DNA of 64,000 nucleotides from Octopus sinensis (lineage: Eukaryota). The position numbers and the translations under genes are program-made. Position 1 is the stretch's first letter. Each line of letters starts with the position of its first letter. The stretch spans positions 4,774,001 to 4,838,000 of the forward strand of contig NC_043018.1 in assembly GCF_006345805.1 (NCBI RefSeq). Direction: 5' to 3'. Below are positions 1-54,239 of this stretch, in pieces. The notes under the pieces are model-generated. The model searched no databases, was not told where the DNA came from, and saw nothing but the letters and a program-made list of their open reading frames with translations.

Positions 1-229
1 TGAAGATAATTATTACCTTAGTTTCAAAGATATGACATCACAAACATAGCTAATTATTCATTTAAGTCTAATTAGATAAGACTTCAACCAATTTTCTGGA
101 CATTCAAATTGTCATAAGTCCTAAAATATTCATCCAAATTTCCCAAATGAGGCATCAAAATCTTTCTTTTCCAATTCTCTCCAAGAAAACAGAGAGTAGA
201 AATTAGATTTAAATATTTTCAAAAGTTCA

Positions 230-660
230 TAGTGATGCCTACTGTGATCTCTTCCGAATCTGAAGTCACCAAAAGTTTTGTCTTTTGGAGTGGAAATGAG
301 TACACCATTGAGTTGAGCGTAGAAGCTTTCCTTCCTTTTATCTTCAGTATCCAAAGTTGGAGTATAGGTGCTGACGATGGTGGTGGCGTTTTGATTCCTG
401 CCAAGCATAATCATCAGTGTCATATGTCATTCATTAGTTCTAAGGGGTTGCTGTTTCAAATGGCAACCCCACCACCATAGATCCTAAGTTGTTCAGGGTC
501 TTGACCTTTACAAAAGAAGGTGTGTTGACCATGTTTCTCTTTTGCTCTTCTGGTCTCACTCAGAGCAACAATATCAAAATTCACAAGCTACAAAGGCAAT
601 TCTTCTTTCAGGTCTGTCTAAGCTTGAGTTCATCCATTCCATGTTCTGTAGCTTTTTGAC
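230..660 (-). mobile_element. Degenerate BovB-like RTE LINE, AP-endonuclease fragment
   Basis: Minus-strand TWN...DIVALSETR...HTFFCKG...GGGVAI and TIVSTYTPTL...KESFY..GDF, matching the RTE APE layout; contains stops. Confidence 0.7.
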
Positions 661-3600
661 CACGTGTTGGTGAAACCCTCTGGACATTATTTTTTAGCTC
701 CTTCCTGTTTTCATGGTGTGCAGAGCAGATCCTAAAGAGGTCTGTGTAGTTGAGGATACCACTGCTGAACAACTTTTCTGCTTCATTTCAAAAAGTTGAA
801 CCGACTGAATCTAGTATTCCTTGCTTCTGTGCCAATTCATGACAAAGAGTTTCCAGCCATCACTAATCTGCTCCGGTTGCCCTTTCCTGATTGCCAAAAG
901 ACTTAATTTTTTAAACAAAGATGCCTGTGCGTGATGTTGTTTAATGTGTACTTGTTGTTGCACTCCAAGAAGCACATGGCCCTTCACAAATCTGACAATA
1001 GAACCCAATGGAAGGAAACCAGAACAATTGGAGTTGTCAAATCTCTTGCAGCTTTCATCTTCCTTCACAGCTGTTGAGTTAGGTAACTTCATCCATCTGA
1101 TCTGTTTTTGAAGTCTAGACAATGGAGTGTCTTTGATCTGGCTGTTACTAACGGACCCATCTGGTAGGTTTACACCCATCCAGCATGGCCCTACTAGATC
1201 GTAGCAGCACACAAGCCTCTGCAGTACAACAATTCAGTACCCCCGTATAAAAGAAAAGAAATCATTGTTGGTTTAAATTATGAAATATTAAAAGAAAATA
1301 TTCCTGTATCTGTGTTTATGAGGTGATGAAATGGCAGAGTGGATAAGGTATTGAACTTGCAGATCTGATGTCAGTCCATACCAGGCTTCTGGTATTTTAT
1401 TGAAACCTGTCTATCATCGTCATCTCCTTTTTCATATTTGCATAAGTCAAGCTGATTTTCTATGGTTGAATGCCTTTCCTGTTGCCAACCCTCACCCATT
1501 TTCATGCAAAGCAATATTTCCCCATGGTCAGATGTGTTCTCTGTTTTGAAGACTGGAAACGAACACTGCTTGTATCACAGTGATGCTTGTTAACAAACAT
1601 CATGTGATATCAAGACAAGGCTATGCACAATTACACACATGGTGAACTTTCAGTTTCTGTCTACCAAATCCTCTCAAGGTTTTTTTCAGCCTGGGGCTAT
1701 AGTACAGGACACTTGCCCAAGATACTGCACAGTGGGACTGAACCTAATATCATGTGGTTGGGAAGCCAGCTTCTTAACCACACAGTCAGGCGTCTGCTTA
1801 TTTCTTTCATAGTTACTTGACCATTTTTTTAGCAGAATTGACTGACCTTTTACACTCTCTGTTTAAATTCCGCCAAGGTTAACTTTACTTGTTATCCTGC
1901 CGGGGTCGATATGGTACCTGTCCAGAACTTTGGCCTAATTTGATTAATTGATATTGACATCTTTGGCTTCTTTAAACCAGTACCTACATCCAAGAATCCC
2001 AAATACTGTAAATACATGAGTGGTATAAACCACAACAACTGCAATATTAGTATTCCTGTGAGGAGCAATAACTCTTTCCCCAAATATTATTAGCTTGGGA
2101 AAACATACACCCAACACCTGGGTAGGTTGACAAAAGAAGATAGCTTCATCATCATTGTTTAACGTCTATTGTCCATGTTGGCATGGGTTGGATGGTTTGA
2201 CTGAAGTCTGGAGAGCCAGTGGCTGTACCAGGCTCCAATCTGATTTGGCAATGTTTCTAAAGTTGGATGCCCTTCCTAATGCCAAATACTCTGAGAGTGT
2301 TGTGGGTGCTTTTTACGTGCCACCAGCATAAGAGCCAGTCAGGTGGGCCTAAGCAAAATTCTGTCTGTCTGGGAACCCTGTGTCTCAGTCTATATTTGCT
2401 CTACAAGTCCTGACTTATAAACTTTATAATATATTTTTTGCTGTTTCATACATTTTCTCCATCTTTTTATTAATTATTTTACCTAAAAGCACCATCTGAA
2501 CATGCCCAATGCCAGTACCCCCTGACTGGCTTCCATGCCGGTGACACATAAAAAGCACAATCCGAACGTGATTGATGCCAGGCCCACCTGACTGGCTCCC
2601 ATGCCAATGGCATGTAAAAAGTACCCACTACACTCTCGGAGTGGTTGGCATTAGAAAGGGCAACCAGCTGTAGAAACATTGCCTGATCAGATTGGAGCCT
2701 GGTGCAACCTCCTGGCTTGCCAGTCCCAATTCAAACCGTCCAACCTATGCCAAACGGACATTAAACAAAGATGATGATGATCCTGGGATTGAAAATCTGC
2801 CTGTCATTTGGTTCTTGAACATCCAGCATTGGGATCTAATTTAAAAGCATTTGGGTTGCTATTTCTAGCAGGTAAAGCTTGGCTGATCCATGCCATCTTA
2901 CAGCATTTAGCTAATGAGTTTGATACCTGGCAAAAATGTGTAGCACCTGGAGTTCTAGTTATGTTTGGTATTTAGTTAGGTTAATCTGAAGCATCTGTAA
3001 TATTTCTTAGCCTTTTCTTTCCTTTATGACAATCAGTTCATTCCTGATCCTAAGTAATAAGATTGTTCTTGATCTAATTCTTTTATTGTGTATTAATCCT
3101 TTATCATTCAGATAAGTCTACCAAATACGATGCTTATTCATTCACATTGTTAACATCATTTAGTGTCCATTTTCCATACTGGCATAAATTGGATGGTTTG
3201 ACAGGAACTTGTAAACCAGAAGACTGCATCAAACTCCACTGTCTATTTTGGCATGGTTTTTGCTGTTGGATGCCTTTCTTTGCACCTACTTTACTGAGTG
3301 GATTTTCACTTGGCACTAGAAAGCTCTGTTTTAGCATGATTTTTACAGCTGGATGCCCTTCCTAATGCCGACCACTTTACAGCCTGTACTGGGTGCTACT
3401 TATATACGGATATATAAAAGTTTTAGATTGGAAAGAAAGTCTTGTCACATTTTTGGCATGATCACTTTAAGGTGCCTCTTCAGTACTTTTGGTAAAATAA
3501 GGATTGATTTTTACATTCTGAAATATTTTTTTCTTTGCAGATTATCTTGTGCCATCGTGGTTAGATTTGTGTCAGTTTTACCCTTTTAACCGTTTAGCAT

Positions 3601-4989
3601 TCACACTGGCTGTATCTGACCCAACAATTCTACCTGTTTTATGTTCAAATTGACCAGATCCAGCCTCTCACACATATCCTACAATGCCTTTCTATAAATA
3701 AAACAGTTACATCATTGAAATCTTGAAGCTGTGATAACACATGATTAATTCAAAGCAAAGTGAATAAAAAAAGAATACATTACATTAGACAAAGTAATCT
3801 GATTCCGAAAGAGTTAAAAGGAGTTTAACTTGGATCCATGTCAGACACTGCAAGGAATATTTATTCTGTTTATGAAAATGAAGCTTAAGTGTCCAGACAT
3901 ACCAGATTTGCTTGGGAAATATTTCTGTTGCAGAAACCCCTTAATTTGAACCATTCTTGGGGAAAATCCAAAGTAAGTTGTGTAAGAATGAACAAAATAG
4001 ATAGATTTCAGTGACACTGTAATAATAAAGCACTTTCATAAAAGAGGAAGAGTGAGAAGGTCCCCTCCTCATCATCTGACTGCTTCTGAGATGAATCAAA
4101 AAGTTATTCTTCTGCTTGTCGTTGAAGAGTAAACTTATTGCTGAACCTTCCTTGAGTAGAATCATTGCAAGTGATGTCAAGTAGGTTCTCTATAATTGTA
4201 TCCAATGAAAACAATAATGGTTAGCAACCAATGATAAAAGAGAGTCCATCCCCAAACCAGGACTACACCTGAAAAATTGTTGTGCTCTGTGTTTGGTGGG
4301 ATAACGGAAGGTGTAATCTGTCATTAAGTGAGTATTAAACCTAAATGAAACAGTTAATATGGAGAAGTATTGTCATAAATTGGAAGAATTGCCCCAAAAT
4401 TTGCAGAAAATGTACCCATGATTGGTCAGTCATATGAAGTTTTGCTTCTTCCTCCAGACTTTACTCCATCTTGACCCCCCCCCCTTCTTTTCAGAATCCT
4501 TGCAACAGATTATCAACTGTGAAGGAGTTAGAAATGGTATTATTTCTTTGCTTTGATACTGGAAAAATTTTACACTCGGAGTGACCAAGTTTGCTAGATA
4601 AATAGGGATTATGTTATCAATATGAAGGGAAATCCCTTGATTCCCTATCATCTGGTCGAGCTTGCTCGGACATTTTTAACCCATGCATGCCATCCCCCTC
4701 AGTCCTGTATTGGTTGAGGGAGGTCTTCAGGGAGGCTTCCAGTGTCTCTGTTGAGTTGGGTCTACATATTTTGTATTTGGATGTCCATCTCCAGTATGGC
4801 CATGCTTTGGCATCCATAGCTGTCGGTCACTTGCCAGCTCTTGTTCAGCTTGTCAGCAATGTCCTGGAAAGGGATTTCTATATAGCTGTCTCTTGAGGGA
4901 ATGAGTTCTCCAAGATATGTTTATTTTATTATGATACAGGGTTCCAACTGGGCTGCTGCTACAAAGCCCACTCACCACACTTATTGGTC

Positions 4990-5400
4990 CATCCTCACTT
5001 TCTCCAGGTCCTGGATTCTCCGTAATCAAGTTGTTGATGTAAGTGTGACATTTCCCTCCTCCTATATCACCATGAAGCAGCTTCCACAAACCTAACTTGG
5101 ATGCTATCCGCTCAGGATGGTGCACACACTGACCAGATAGTCACAGCCATCTTTGCCTGATCTTCTTGCAAACCTTCAGCAGGTCTCCATAAAAACATTC
5201 ATTTGTCATATGTTGCTGCAATTTCACATTTAGGGGCCATTCGTAGCATCCTTAAGTAGCATTCATTTATCCCAGTTGATAATTTCTTTGTCAGTGTCCA
5301 TGTTTTACTGCCATAAAATGGCTCTGATTCGACAGTTGCATGTGACTGCCGGGCCATGCTTGTGTCTTCCTCATCTTGAAGTCTTGGAACCACTCCGCAT
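4990..5400 (-). mobile_element. Degenerate RTE-type LINE C-terminal fragment
   Basis: VESEPFYGSKTWTLTKKL...CYLRMLRMA and HHPERIASKLGLW resemble the post-RT region of RTE-type LINEs. Confidence 0.55.
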
Positions 5401-5740
5401 CACTTGATTGGTTGAAAGACATCGATTTGGTTTTCTTGACATTTGTGTGATGTTTTAAGACTGCTCTTAACATTTGGGTGTAAGTTCATTCTAATCTGAA
5501 TATAAGTTTTTTGGTAAGCATCCAAAGAAGCAGTTGTTTTTCTTTTTTCCCCTTGTCTTGAAATGTGACAGAACTTTCTTTCCAACCTGATAGTAAATTT
5601 TAGAAATGTTCCTTTTTATGTTGTGAATTAAGTTAATTCATAAACTGTGTTTTGTGATTGCATTAATACTTTGAATAAGAGGAAATCTTTTTTTTTCTCT
5701 CTCTTTATTTCATGTTATTTCAATTTCTGATTTATTACAG

Positions 5741-45886
<40,146 letters not shown>

Positions 45887-46404
45887 AAACTTTATGTAAA
45901 ACTTCTGAAGAATCACCATTTCAAGATTTTTTTTTTCTATTTCTTTTCCTTTCCCCTTCCTTGGAAACCCTCATCATTTTCTCATGCCATCATATACACC
46001 TGCCTTCTCTGCCTGCATCCGTTTGTTATTTCTTTTACGTTTCACTTCTTTCCCTTTCATTTACATCTGGTATATTATCGTACCAAGCCATCACCAACTC
46101 TCTGTCTGTCTGTCTGTCTCTTTGTTTTCACTACCTACACAAAATATGAACATATCTACATACATCCACACACACACACACACACACATGCACATCTATT
46201 TACAGACATCCAGTTTTCTGTTCAATTTGCCTTTGTTCAATCAATCAATCAATATCTGTCTGTGTGTCTGTCTCTGTGGTGTCCATCATTGTGGAAACAG
46301 ATTGTATGAAAAAAAAAAACCCCAAAAAACTACCAAAACTACAAGCAAACAAACATGGTTACATTATATACATTGGACCAGCAAAAATAGTGACATGAAT
46401 TGCT

Positions 46405-46410
46405 AATAAA
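46405..46410 (+). promoter_or_regulatory. Candidate polyadenylation signal of SMARCAD1
   Basis: AATAAA about 520 nt after the stop codon, followed by T/GT-rich sequence. Confidence 0.5.
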
Positions 46411-46732
46411 GTTACTCTTAGGTTAGTTTAATATCGTTTGTTTTATTTTGTTATTTTGGCTTTCATTCAGAACTCCTTTGTGTCTTTGTTTTACTGTATT
46501 TGTGTGTGTGTGTCTGTGTGTGAATTATACAGGGCAGGGCAAAAGTCCACACACAAAATAAGTTTAGTATACTCTGGAATTGTCAAAGACATACTTCTAA
46601 GATAGATTAGAATAATGATGAATACTCAAGTACTTGTACATGATGAATGAAATTAATAATAACGATGATGATAATGATGTAATATAAATAAAATGTCAAC
46701 TGTTTTGGTGTGTGACTTTTGACACACACACA

Positions 46733-46767
<35 letters not shown>

Positions 46768-48050
46768 TTATATATATATATATATGTTTATCTATTCCTG
46801 AGAGAAAAGTTGGGCATAAGAGGTATCAGATGTCGTATGCAAGAGAGATGACTGTGCTTATACGGCCATGTGATGCGTATGGATGAGGACAGCTGCACCC
46901 AGGAAGATATGGGACAAGGTGTTGGTGCATGATCTTCAAATGTTGGGCCTCATGGTGGCAGTGGCAGGGGACTGAGACCTTTGACAATACACCCTGCTTG
47001 TATAGACCTGTCAAGACAAGAGAGATCGTAGTTGTGACTAATGCCAGTGTTGCGTATCTGGCACATAGAAAGCACCCTTCAGACGTTGGGGGCGATATGC
47101 TTTTCTTGAGAAGACCAGTCAAGCCTATTGAAATTGTAGTTGTGGCCCTTAAAAAGTGCCGTTTGAGCATTGGACCTCACGGAGGCAGTGACAGGGGAGC
47201 AAGAGCTCTGGTGATGGACCGTGCTTGTGTAGACCGGTCAAGCCAAGTGAAGTCGTAGTCATGGCCGGTGCTGGTGTCATGTCAATGGCACTTAAAAAGT
47301 GCCCATATGGAGTAGTTGGCGTTAGAAAGGGCGTCCAGCTGTAGAAACCTTGCCAAATCAGATTGAAGCCTGGTGCAGCTTACCGGTTTTTAGTGAATCC
47401 GTCCAACCCATGCCAGCATGGAAAGCAGAGGTTAAATGATGATATATATATAACTTTTCATCCAGTTGCATGAGGCAGACGTTTTGGCAGGATCCAACAA
47501 GTCTATTGACCATGTCTTGCACCACTCTTAATTTTGGTATAGTTTCAATTGTTTGGTGCCCTCTCTAATGCCAACTACATTACGGTATGCTTGGTCTTTT
47601 GGGACCTCACTAGAGCTGGTGATTTGAAAAAGCACCCAGTGTACATAGTGAATTGCTTAGCATTAGGAAGGGCATCCAGCTGTAGAGACAAAGCTAAAGC
47701 TGAGATTAGGGCCTGGCATAGTTCTGCAGCTTGTTAGACTCTGGCAATGCTGTATGGATCGACAGGGCCCAAGTGAAAGATAAAAGATTATATGTTGTGC
47801 GTGTTTGAACTCTTGTCCTAACATCACATGATGGTAGTAAAGAGGCATAACCATTTAACAAGTGCTGTTCATTTTAGGTCTTCTTTGAAAGACATCCAGG
47901 TATGTGAAGTATTACCTGGTTTGGAAATACGTGTGAGTTGGGGACAGGAAGGGCTTCTGATTGCAGAAAATTTACTTCAAAATTCCACTTGATTTATGTA
48001 AGTATGGAAAAGAGTACGCTAAAACAATGACGATACACTCAACCTACTCC

Positions 48051-48093
<43 letters not shown>

Positions 48094-48220
48094 CAGTTGC
48101 AGGATGCAATAGAATCTGGGATTCCATCAACAGGATCGGCTGGGTATGTAGTATTGAACCAACAAGCTGAGGCAACTAACAGTTGTGGTTTGTTTTTAAT
48201 TCACCATAAGTAATAATATA

Positions 48221-49393
48221 TGACCCAGAACCATGCTAATAGTTTAGGAGTTCTCATTTTCCTGTGAATCGATTTTGATAAAACTTTTCCCAGCTGGTTT
48301 GCACATTATGGCAACACCATTGTTATGTTTTTGTTATTCTGCATAATGTCCTTTTTTTTTCTCTATTTCAGATTCTTCAGTTTTTGAATGAATCACGCTA
48401 ATAGCATGTGTCCTCTAAGAACAATGGGACATGGAAAAGGCCTTAATCAAAGTGCTAAAGGCACCTCTCTTCGTGTCATTGTGGAGAAGCTAGGTTGTTA
48501 TGTGGACATAGATGATTCCTGAAGGACCTTTGCCAAAGAAGAAATGATCTGATTGTGGGACCTCCAAGACTGTGACAGCTAGGGATTTAAAGAATATTAG
48601 TCGCAAGTTACATGGGAAACCTGGACAAACAATCAAAGCCATTTTCATTGCCTCCAGACTTCCTCATATACTGAAAACCATCAGAAATCACATCTTCAGA
48701 ACCATGGCTTCCGTACAAGAATCCCTGAAACTGTCTCCTTTAATGCCCCATCACATTGTGTTCTGTTCACTGATGAAACCAGGGCAACCCATGACGGACC
48801 TGACGGTTGGGCAAATGGTTTGGTCTATTTTGGAGAGGAGTGTCACCAACGTTTACAATGTCAACAACACGGTGGAGGAGTCATGTTGTGGGATGGTATC
48901 ATTGGAGACAGACTTGTTGGCGCAGTCAGGGTGCCTGAAAGGGTTAAAGTGACTGCAGCCACCTTCTGCAATCTCCTGAAGGAGGTCTTGAATCCCTGGT
49001 TAGATGACATACCTCTGTCACTTTTAAGGAATCTTGTATTCATGCATGGCAATGCTCCCTCCCACTCTGCTAGGACCACTTAAACATTCCTAGGGTTTTA
49101 CGGCAGACAAGGTGAAAGGTTGATGGTGTTGCTGCCTGTATATCATTACTCTTCATTTTCTGCCAAAATATATCTAGATTTCATTCAAAAGCTATTAGCG
49201 TGATTCACCCAGAAACTGAAGAATCTGAAATAAATAAATAAAAAAAAAAGGATGTTACACAGATTAACGAAAACATGGCAATGGTATTGTCATTGTGTGC
49301 AAAGCTGCTGGGAAAAGTTTTATCAAAATCGATTCACAGAAAACCTGAGAAAGTCCAAATTTCACCCCTAAGCTATTAGCATGATTCTGGGTG
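48221..49393 (+). mobile_element. Tc1-family DNA transposon with ~190-200-bp IR/DR terminal repeats, internally deleted
   Basis: Left TIR 48221-48405 and right TIR 49191-49393, each with outer and inner (c)acccagaatcatgctaatagc-like DRs; TA flanks. Transposase relic from ATG 48424: FTDETRATHDGPDGW, QQHGGGVMLW, VFMHGNAPSH. Confidence 0.88.
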
Positions 49394-49449
49394 TATATCT
49401 ATCTATCTATATATATATATATACACACACACACATATATATATATATA

Positions 49450-51232
49450 TCATCATCATCTTTTAGCGTCCGCTTTCCATGCTAGCATGGGTTGGACAGT
49501 TCAACTGGGGTCTGGGAAGTCAGAAGGCTGCACCAGGCCCAGTCTGATCTGGCAATGTTTCTACAGCTGGATGTCCTTCCTAACGCCAACCACTCGGTGA
49601 GTGTAGTGGGTGCTATTTATGTGCCACCGGCACCGGTGCCAGAGGAAGCTGGCAAACGGCCACGATCGGATGGTGCTTTTTACGTGCCACCGGCACGGAG
49701 GCGAGTCGGAGTGGCGCTGGCAACGGCCACGTTCGGATGGTTCTCTTACGTGCCACCGGCACTGGTATCACAGCTACAAATTTCATTGATGTTGATCGAT
49801 TTCGATTTTGATTCTGATTCTCACTTGCCTCAGCAGGTTTTCACAAGTAGAAATTTGTGTCCCAAGAAGGAAAGGTATGCATAAGTGGACTGGCTACATC
49901 CCAGGTAGAGGCCACGGGTTATGGTCTCACTTGTCCTGCCGGGTCTTCTCATGCACAGCATACTTCCATAGGTCTCGATCTCTAGTCATTTCCTCGGTGA
50001 GACCTAAAGTTCGAAGGTCGTGCTTCACCACCTCGTCCCAGGTTTTCCTGGGTCTACCTCTTCCACAGGTTCCCTCAACCGCTAGGGTGTGGCACTTTTT
50101 CACACAACTATCTTCATCCATTCTTGCCACATGACCATACCAGCACAGTCGTCTCTCTTGCACACCACAGCTGATGCTTCTTAGGTCCAACTTTTCTCTC
50201 AAGGTACCTACACTCTGTCGAGTATGCACACTGACATTACACATCCATCAGAGCATACTGGCTTCATTTCTTGCGAGCTTACGCATATCCTCAGCAGTCG
50301 CGGTCCATGTTTCACTGCCATGTAGCATGGATGTTCGTACGCAAGCGTCATACAGTCTGCCTTTTACTCTTAGCGAGAGGCCTTTTGTCACCAGCAGAGG
50401 TAAGAGCTCTCTGAACTTTGCCCAGGCTATTCTTACTCTAGCAGTTACACTTTCAGACACCCGTCCCCGCTACTGACTTGGTCACCTAGGTAACGGAAGC
50501 TATCAACTATTTCTAGTTTTTCTCCCTGGAATGTGGCGGAAGTTGGTCTCTGCACATTTTCAGTGTTTATTGCTCCTGAGCATCTGCCACAAACAAAAAC
50601 TATTTTCCTAGTTAGCCTTCCTTTGACATTGCTGCACCTCTTATGTGCAACTTATAGAGTTTCTACCTACGCCTTTTCTACAGATCGAGCAAGGCCATCT
50701 ACCTGAAGGCGTTTGTGATTTATCTACCTTCCTACTTATTAGGACTTTGGTTTTAGCTAGGTTGACTCTAAAACCCTTCGATTCTAATCCTTGCTTCCAC
50801 ACCTGAAACCTCTCCTCCAGTTCTGATAGTAACTTAGCAATTAGAGCAAGGTCATCAGCATAGAGGAGCTCCCAGGGGCAACCCATCTTGAATTCCTCCA
50901 TTATTGCCTGGAGGACTATGATAAATAGGAGGGGGCTGAAGACTGAGCCTTGGTGGACCCCTACCTCTACCCGGAATTCTTCACTGTACTCGTCGCCAAC
51001 TCTCACCTTACTAGCAGCGTCCCTGTACTTGGCTCGCACAGCTCTCACTAACCATTCATCTATCCCTAGTTTCCTCATTGACCACCAGATGAGGGATCAG
51101 GGGACCCTGTCGAAGGCATTCTCCATGTCAACAAAAGCCAGGTACAGGGGCTTATCTTTGGTTAGGTATTTCTCCTGCAGTAGTCTTACCAGAAATATGG
51201 CATCAGTGGTGCTTTTCCCTGGTGTTTCCTAC
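49450..51232 (-). mobile_element. RTE-clade LINE copy C (5'-truncated, with 3'UTR and (GAT)n tail)
   Basis: GVHQGSVFSPLLF, LLYADDL, MLHGSETW, WYGHVARM, GRGRPRKTW; same family as copies A and B. Confidence 0.93.
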
Positions 51233-52120
51233 TATGGTCAAGAGGAACATTAAATGATATCAATCTCGTTGGTCTTTGAGGAATTACAAAGACAACAAAT
51301 ACGACCACTTCATCGAGATCCCACAATTAAAAAAAAAAGAAGAAAAAAGACATCTGCATGGAAAACAGTAATTAAATTAATGTTTCCATAAATGAGGTAA
51401 ATGAGCATAAAAACTAAGTGTTTAATTGAAAGTAATTAGTGTGGTAAGGAAGAGTGAGAGTAGGTGGCTTAGTGTTGCTCTGCCGATTGCAAGGTCTTGG
51501 TTTCGATTTTCGGACTGGGTGATGGGTTGTGTTCTTGAGCGTTTCCCAGAGCCAACCATTCATCTGCAACGGACTGGCAACTCTGTAATGTTGCAGTCTC
51601 AGCTACTTACGCGTCACGGAAAGTGGGTGACGAGTCTCGGCACTCGAGGCAGTAATGTCCAAGGATTGAAGATGAATAAACAACATTAGCCCTTTGCTTC
51701 CCAACCACATGGTTCCAGGTTCAGTTCCACTGCATGGCACCTTGGCCAAGTGTTTCCTACTATGGTCTTGGGCCGACCAAAGCCTTTTGAGTGGATTTTG
51801 TAGATGGAAACACTGAAAGAAGCCCGTCGTATATACACACACATAACTGTGTGTGTGTGTTTGTCCCTAACCACCGCTTGACAACGGTGTTGGTATGTTT
51901 ATGACTGATAGAATAAGTACCAGGGTTTTTTTATGTACTCGAGTGGATTCATTCGACTAGAAATTCTTCGAGGCGGTGCCCCAGCGTGGCCATTGTCTAA
52001 TGCGTAAAACAAGTTAAAGATAAAAATATTTTTATCGTAATTTATTGTTGTAGGGGAGACAACTTCTGACAGATTTCAGTTTTTAAAACTTTCCCCATCA
52101 CAAAACGGGGTTTTCCCGTC

Positions 52121-52140
52121 TGACGTAATCAATGACGTCA
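52121..52140. promoter_or_regulatory. Tandem CRE/ATF sites (TGACGTAA, TGACGTCA) in a CpG-retaining AT-rich segment
   Basis: Motifs seen at 52121-52128 and 52133-52140; AA|GTAAGT donor-like site at 52363; function inferred only. Confidence 0.35.
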
Positions 52141-53352
52141 CAATGAAATGTCAAAAAAAAAAACGCCGCGTTTAAAAAATTTCCTTTTATTTTATTCCAG
52201 TTCGAAACTTCATAAAAGTAGATTGAAAAAATTCTTTCATTTTTTTTAACCAAGTTTTAAAAAATTACGGAAGAATATTAAAAAACAAATAATACATTTT
52301 AATGTTTTGCAACTTTCAATCATAGTAATTTTTTTCTAAGAAAATATTTCCCATTCGCTGAAGTAAGTTGATTTCTATTAATTTTATTTTATTTTATGTA
52401 ACTGTCGGGGAACAGAAAACCTTGTTTCACACCATTTCTGACAATGAGAAAGGAGTGTCTGTTACACGGGCAGAGAACTTTTCTCTGGGACTTCGTGCCA
52501 AAAGGAACGGTTCTTTTAGCCGATGTTTTCATACATGTATGTTATGGTGGTGGTGGTGGTGGGGGAATAGGTAAAATTGGTTGAGAATGAGATGCATATG
52601 GACTGGGGTTCAAATAGAAGCAGGGTCAGGTGAGTTGCTGTATGACTTCGAGTCAGCAACCTCAGATTAATAGCCATTAACGAAGCAAAAGCAGACGAAA
52701 CCGATGCGTTTGAATGTCTAATTGACCACAACGTCGTCAAACCATATCGAATGAGGTGACCTGTGTTGTTTTGGAAAGAGATGAATATCCAGGTAAATCT
52801 TTCAGGGATCCGATTGGTAGGCTGGTTTTCCTGTTGAGATATAGGTTGTGTCTGAGACTTATAAATGTCGATGCAAAAGCTAGACTTCCTTAGGCGTTCG
52901 GAAACATTTTGAGGAACGATTCGAGTTTTCCCATCGTGTTAACGGATAAGGATAGTGTGAAATGTCTTCAATACAAGGCAGTTGACTACTCAAGCCTCCA
53001 GTTTGAAAATCTACAGATAGGTTATCTTAGCTGGGTTACGATTCCCGAAAACTAAACTCAACGTTCCCAGTATAGAAAACTCTTTTCAATAGATTCAGGT
53101 TCCCAGTCGAAGTAGAGTGTGGAAAGTGAAGTATAACGCTTGTCCCCTACCAAACTGGAGGAAAGTTGGATACCCGGTATGAAAGTGGCATGTCCCGCAC
53201 ATTGGCTCCCTCCCCACTCCATCCAATGGACATTGCTTGAACAGGTGCACGGTGTGCCACGCGTCAGGTGTCGGAAGGGATCGCAGAGTAACATGAAGTG
53301 TTTTGCTCGAGAACACCACGCACCACCCGGTCAAGGAATTGAAGCCAACATC

Positions 53353-53425
<73 letters not shown>

Positions 53426-54239
53426 CAAGAAAAGGAAAACGTAGAAATATTTTGATACTAAATTTATTAAGTTATTCAGACAAGTGTGTATTCACTTTTT
53501 GAGTGGACTTTGTATATATACACATATGTATGTATTTATGTAAATGTATTCAACTTGCTTAATGACTGTATACATACATATATACATAAGCTCGCCTGTC
53601 ATTGTCGACGATGGCCAAGGAGAAGACTGGGCAGTGTGTGTGTGTCGCGAAAGTCTAGTGAAACACCACAGAAATCACTCAGAAAGACCTGTTACAAATT
53701 ACAACGACTTTATTTTGGGGGCCAAACACAAATGCACTTTCCACTAGAAAGCATCTATAAATCATTCTGGATTATCTAGGTACATGAGGGTGCACAGAGA
53801 ACATTATCAGAATAATCCGGAACAACCAAGCAGTCAGAGAATTCGTATGAATGTCAAAGCTACAACAAATTCTGGCAAAGTCGCTGGCAGGATTCAAAAG
53901 CCTGAGTCGTTCTCACAACGTGTAATGCTGTGATATAAATTATTCTAGATGTTAAAGACGATGGTCATCAGCTAGGCTGGTGCTGAAATTTGAAGTCAAT
54001 ACAACACGTACAGCATCGCTAAGACTCATCAACAAAGTCAAATAGTCCAGAAACAAGCAAGAGTAAATATCCGCGGCTTCGCAATGAGACAGGTGTTTTT
54101 TGTTTTGTTTTTTAAACTTTTCTCTTTAAGAGAGATTTCTAAACAAAGAGTAGGAGGTCTCTCACAATACGTACACGATGGTTGTCGCCTCGTTACACGA
54201 GTATAATCATCGCAGACTAAATGAAGTGTATGGAAAGTT

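Noticed and set aside
1-5740. SMARCAD1 start exon or promoter
   Set aside because: No convincing ATG exon with a phase-1 donor was found; the region is TE relics and SINEs, so the start is probably upstream of the window.
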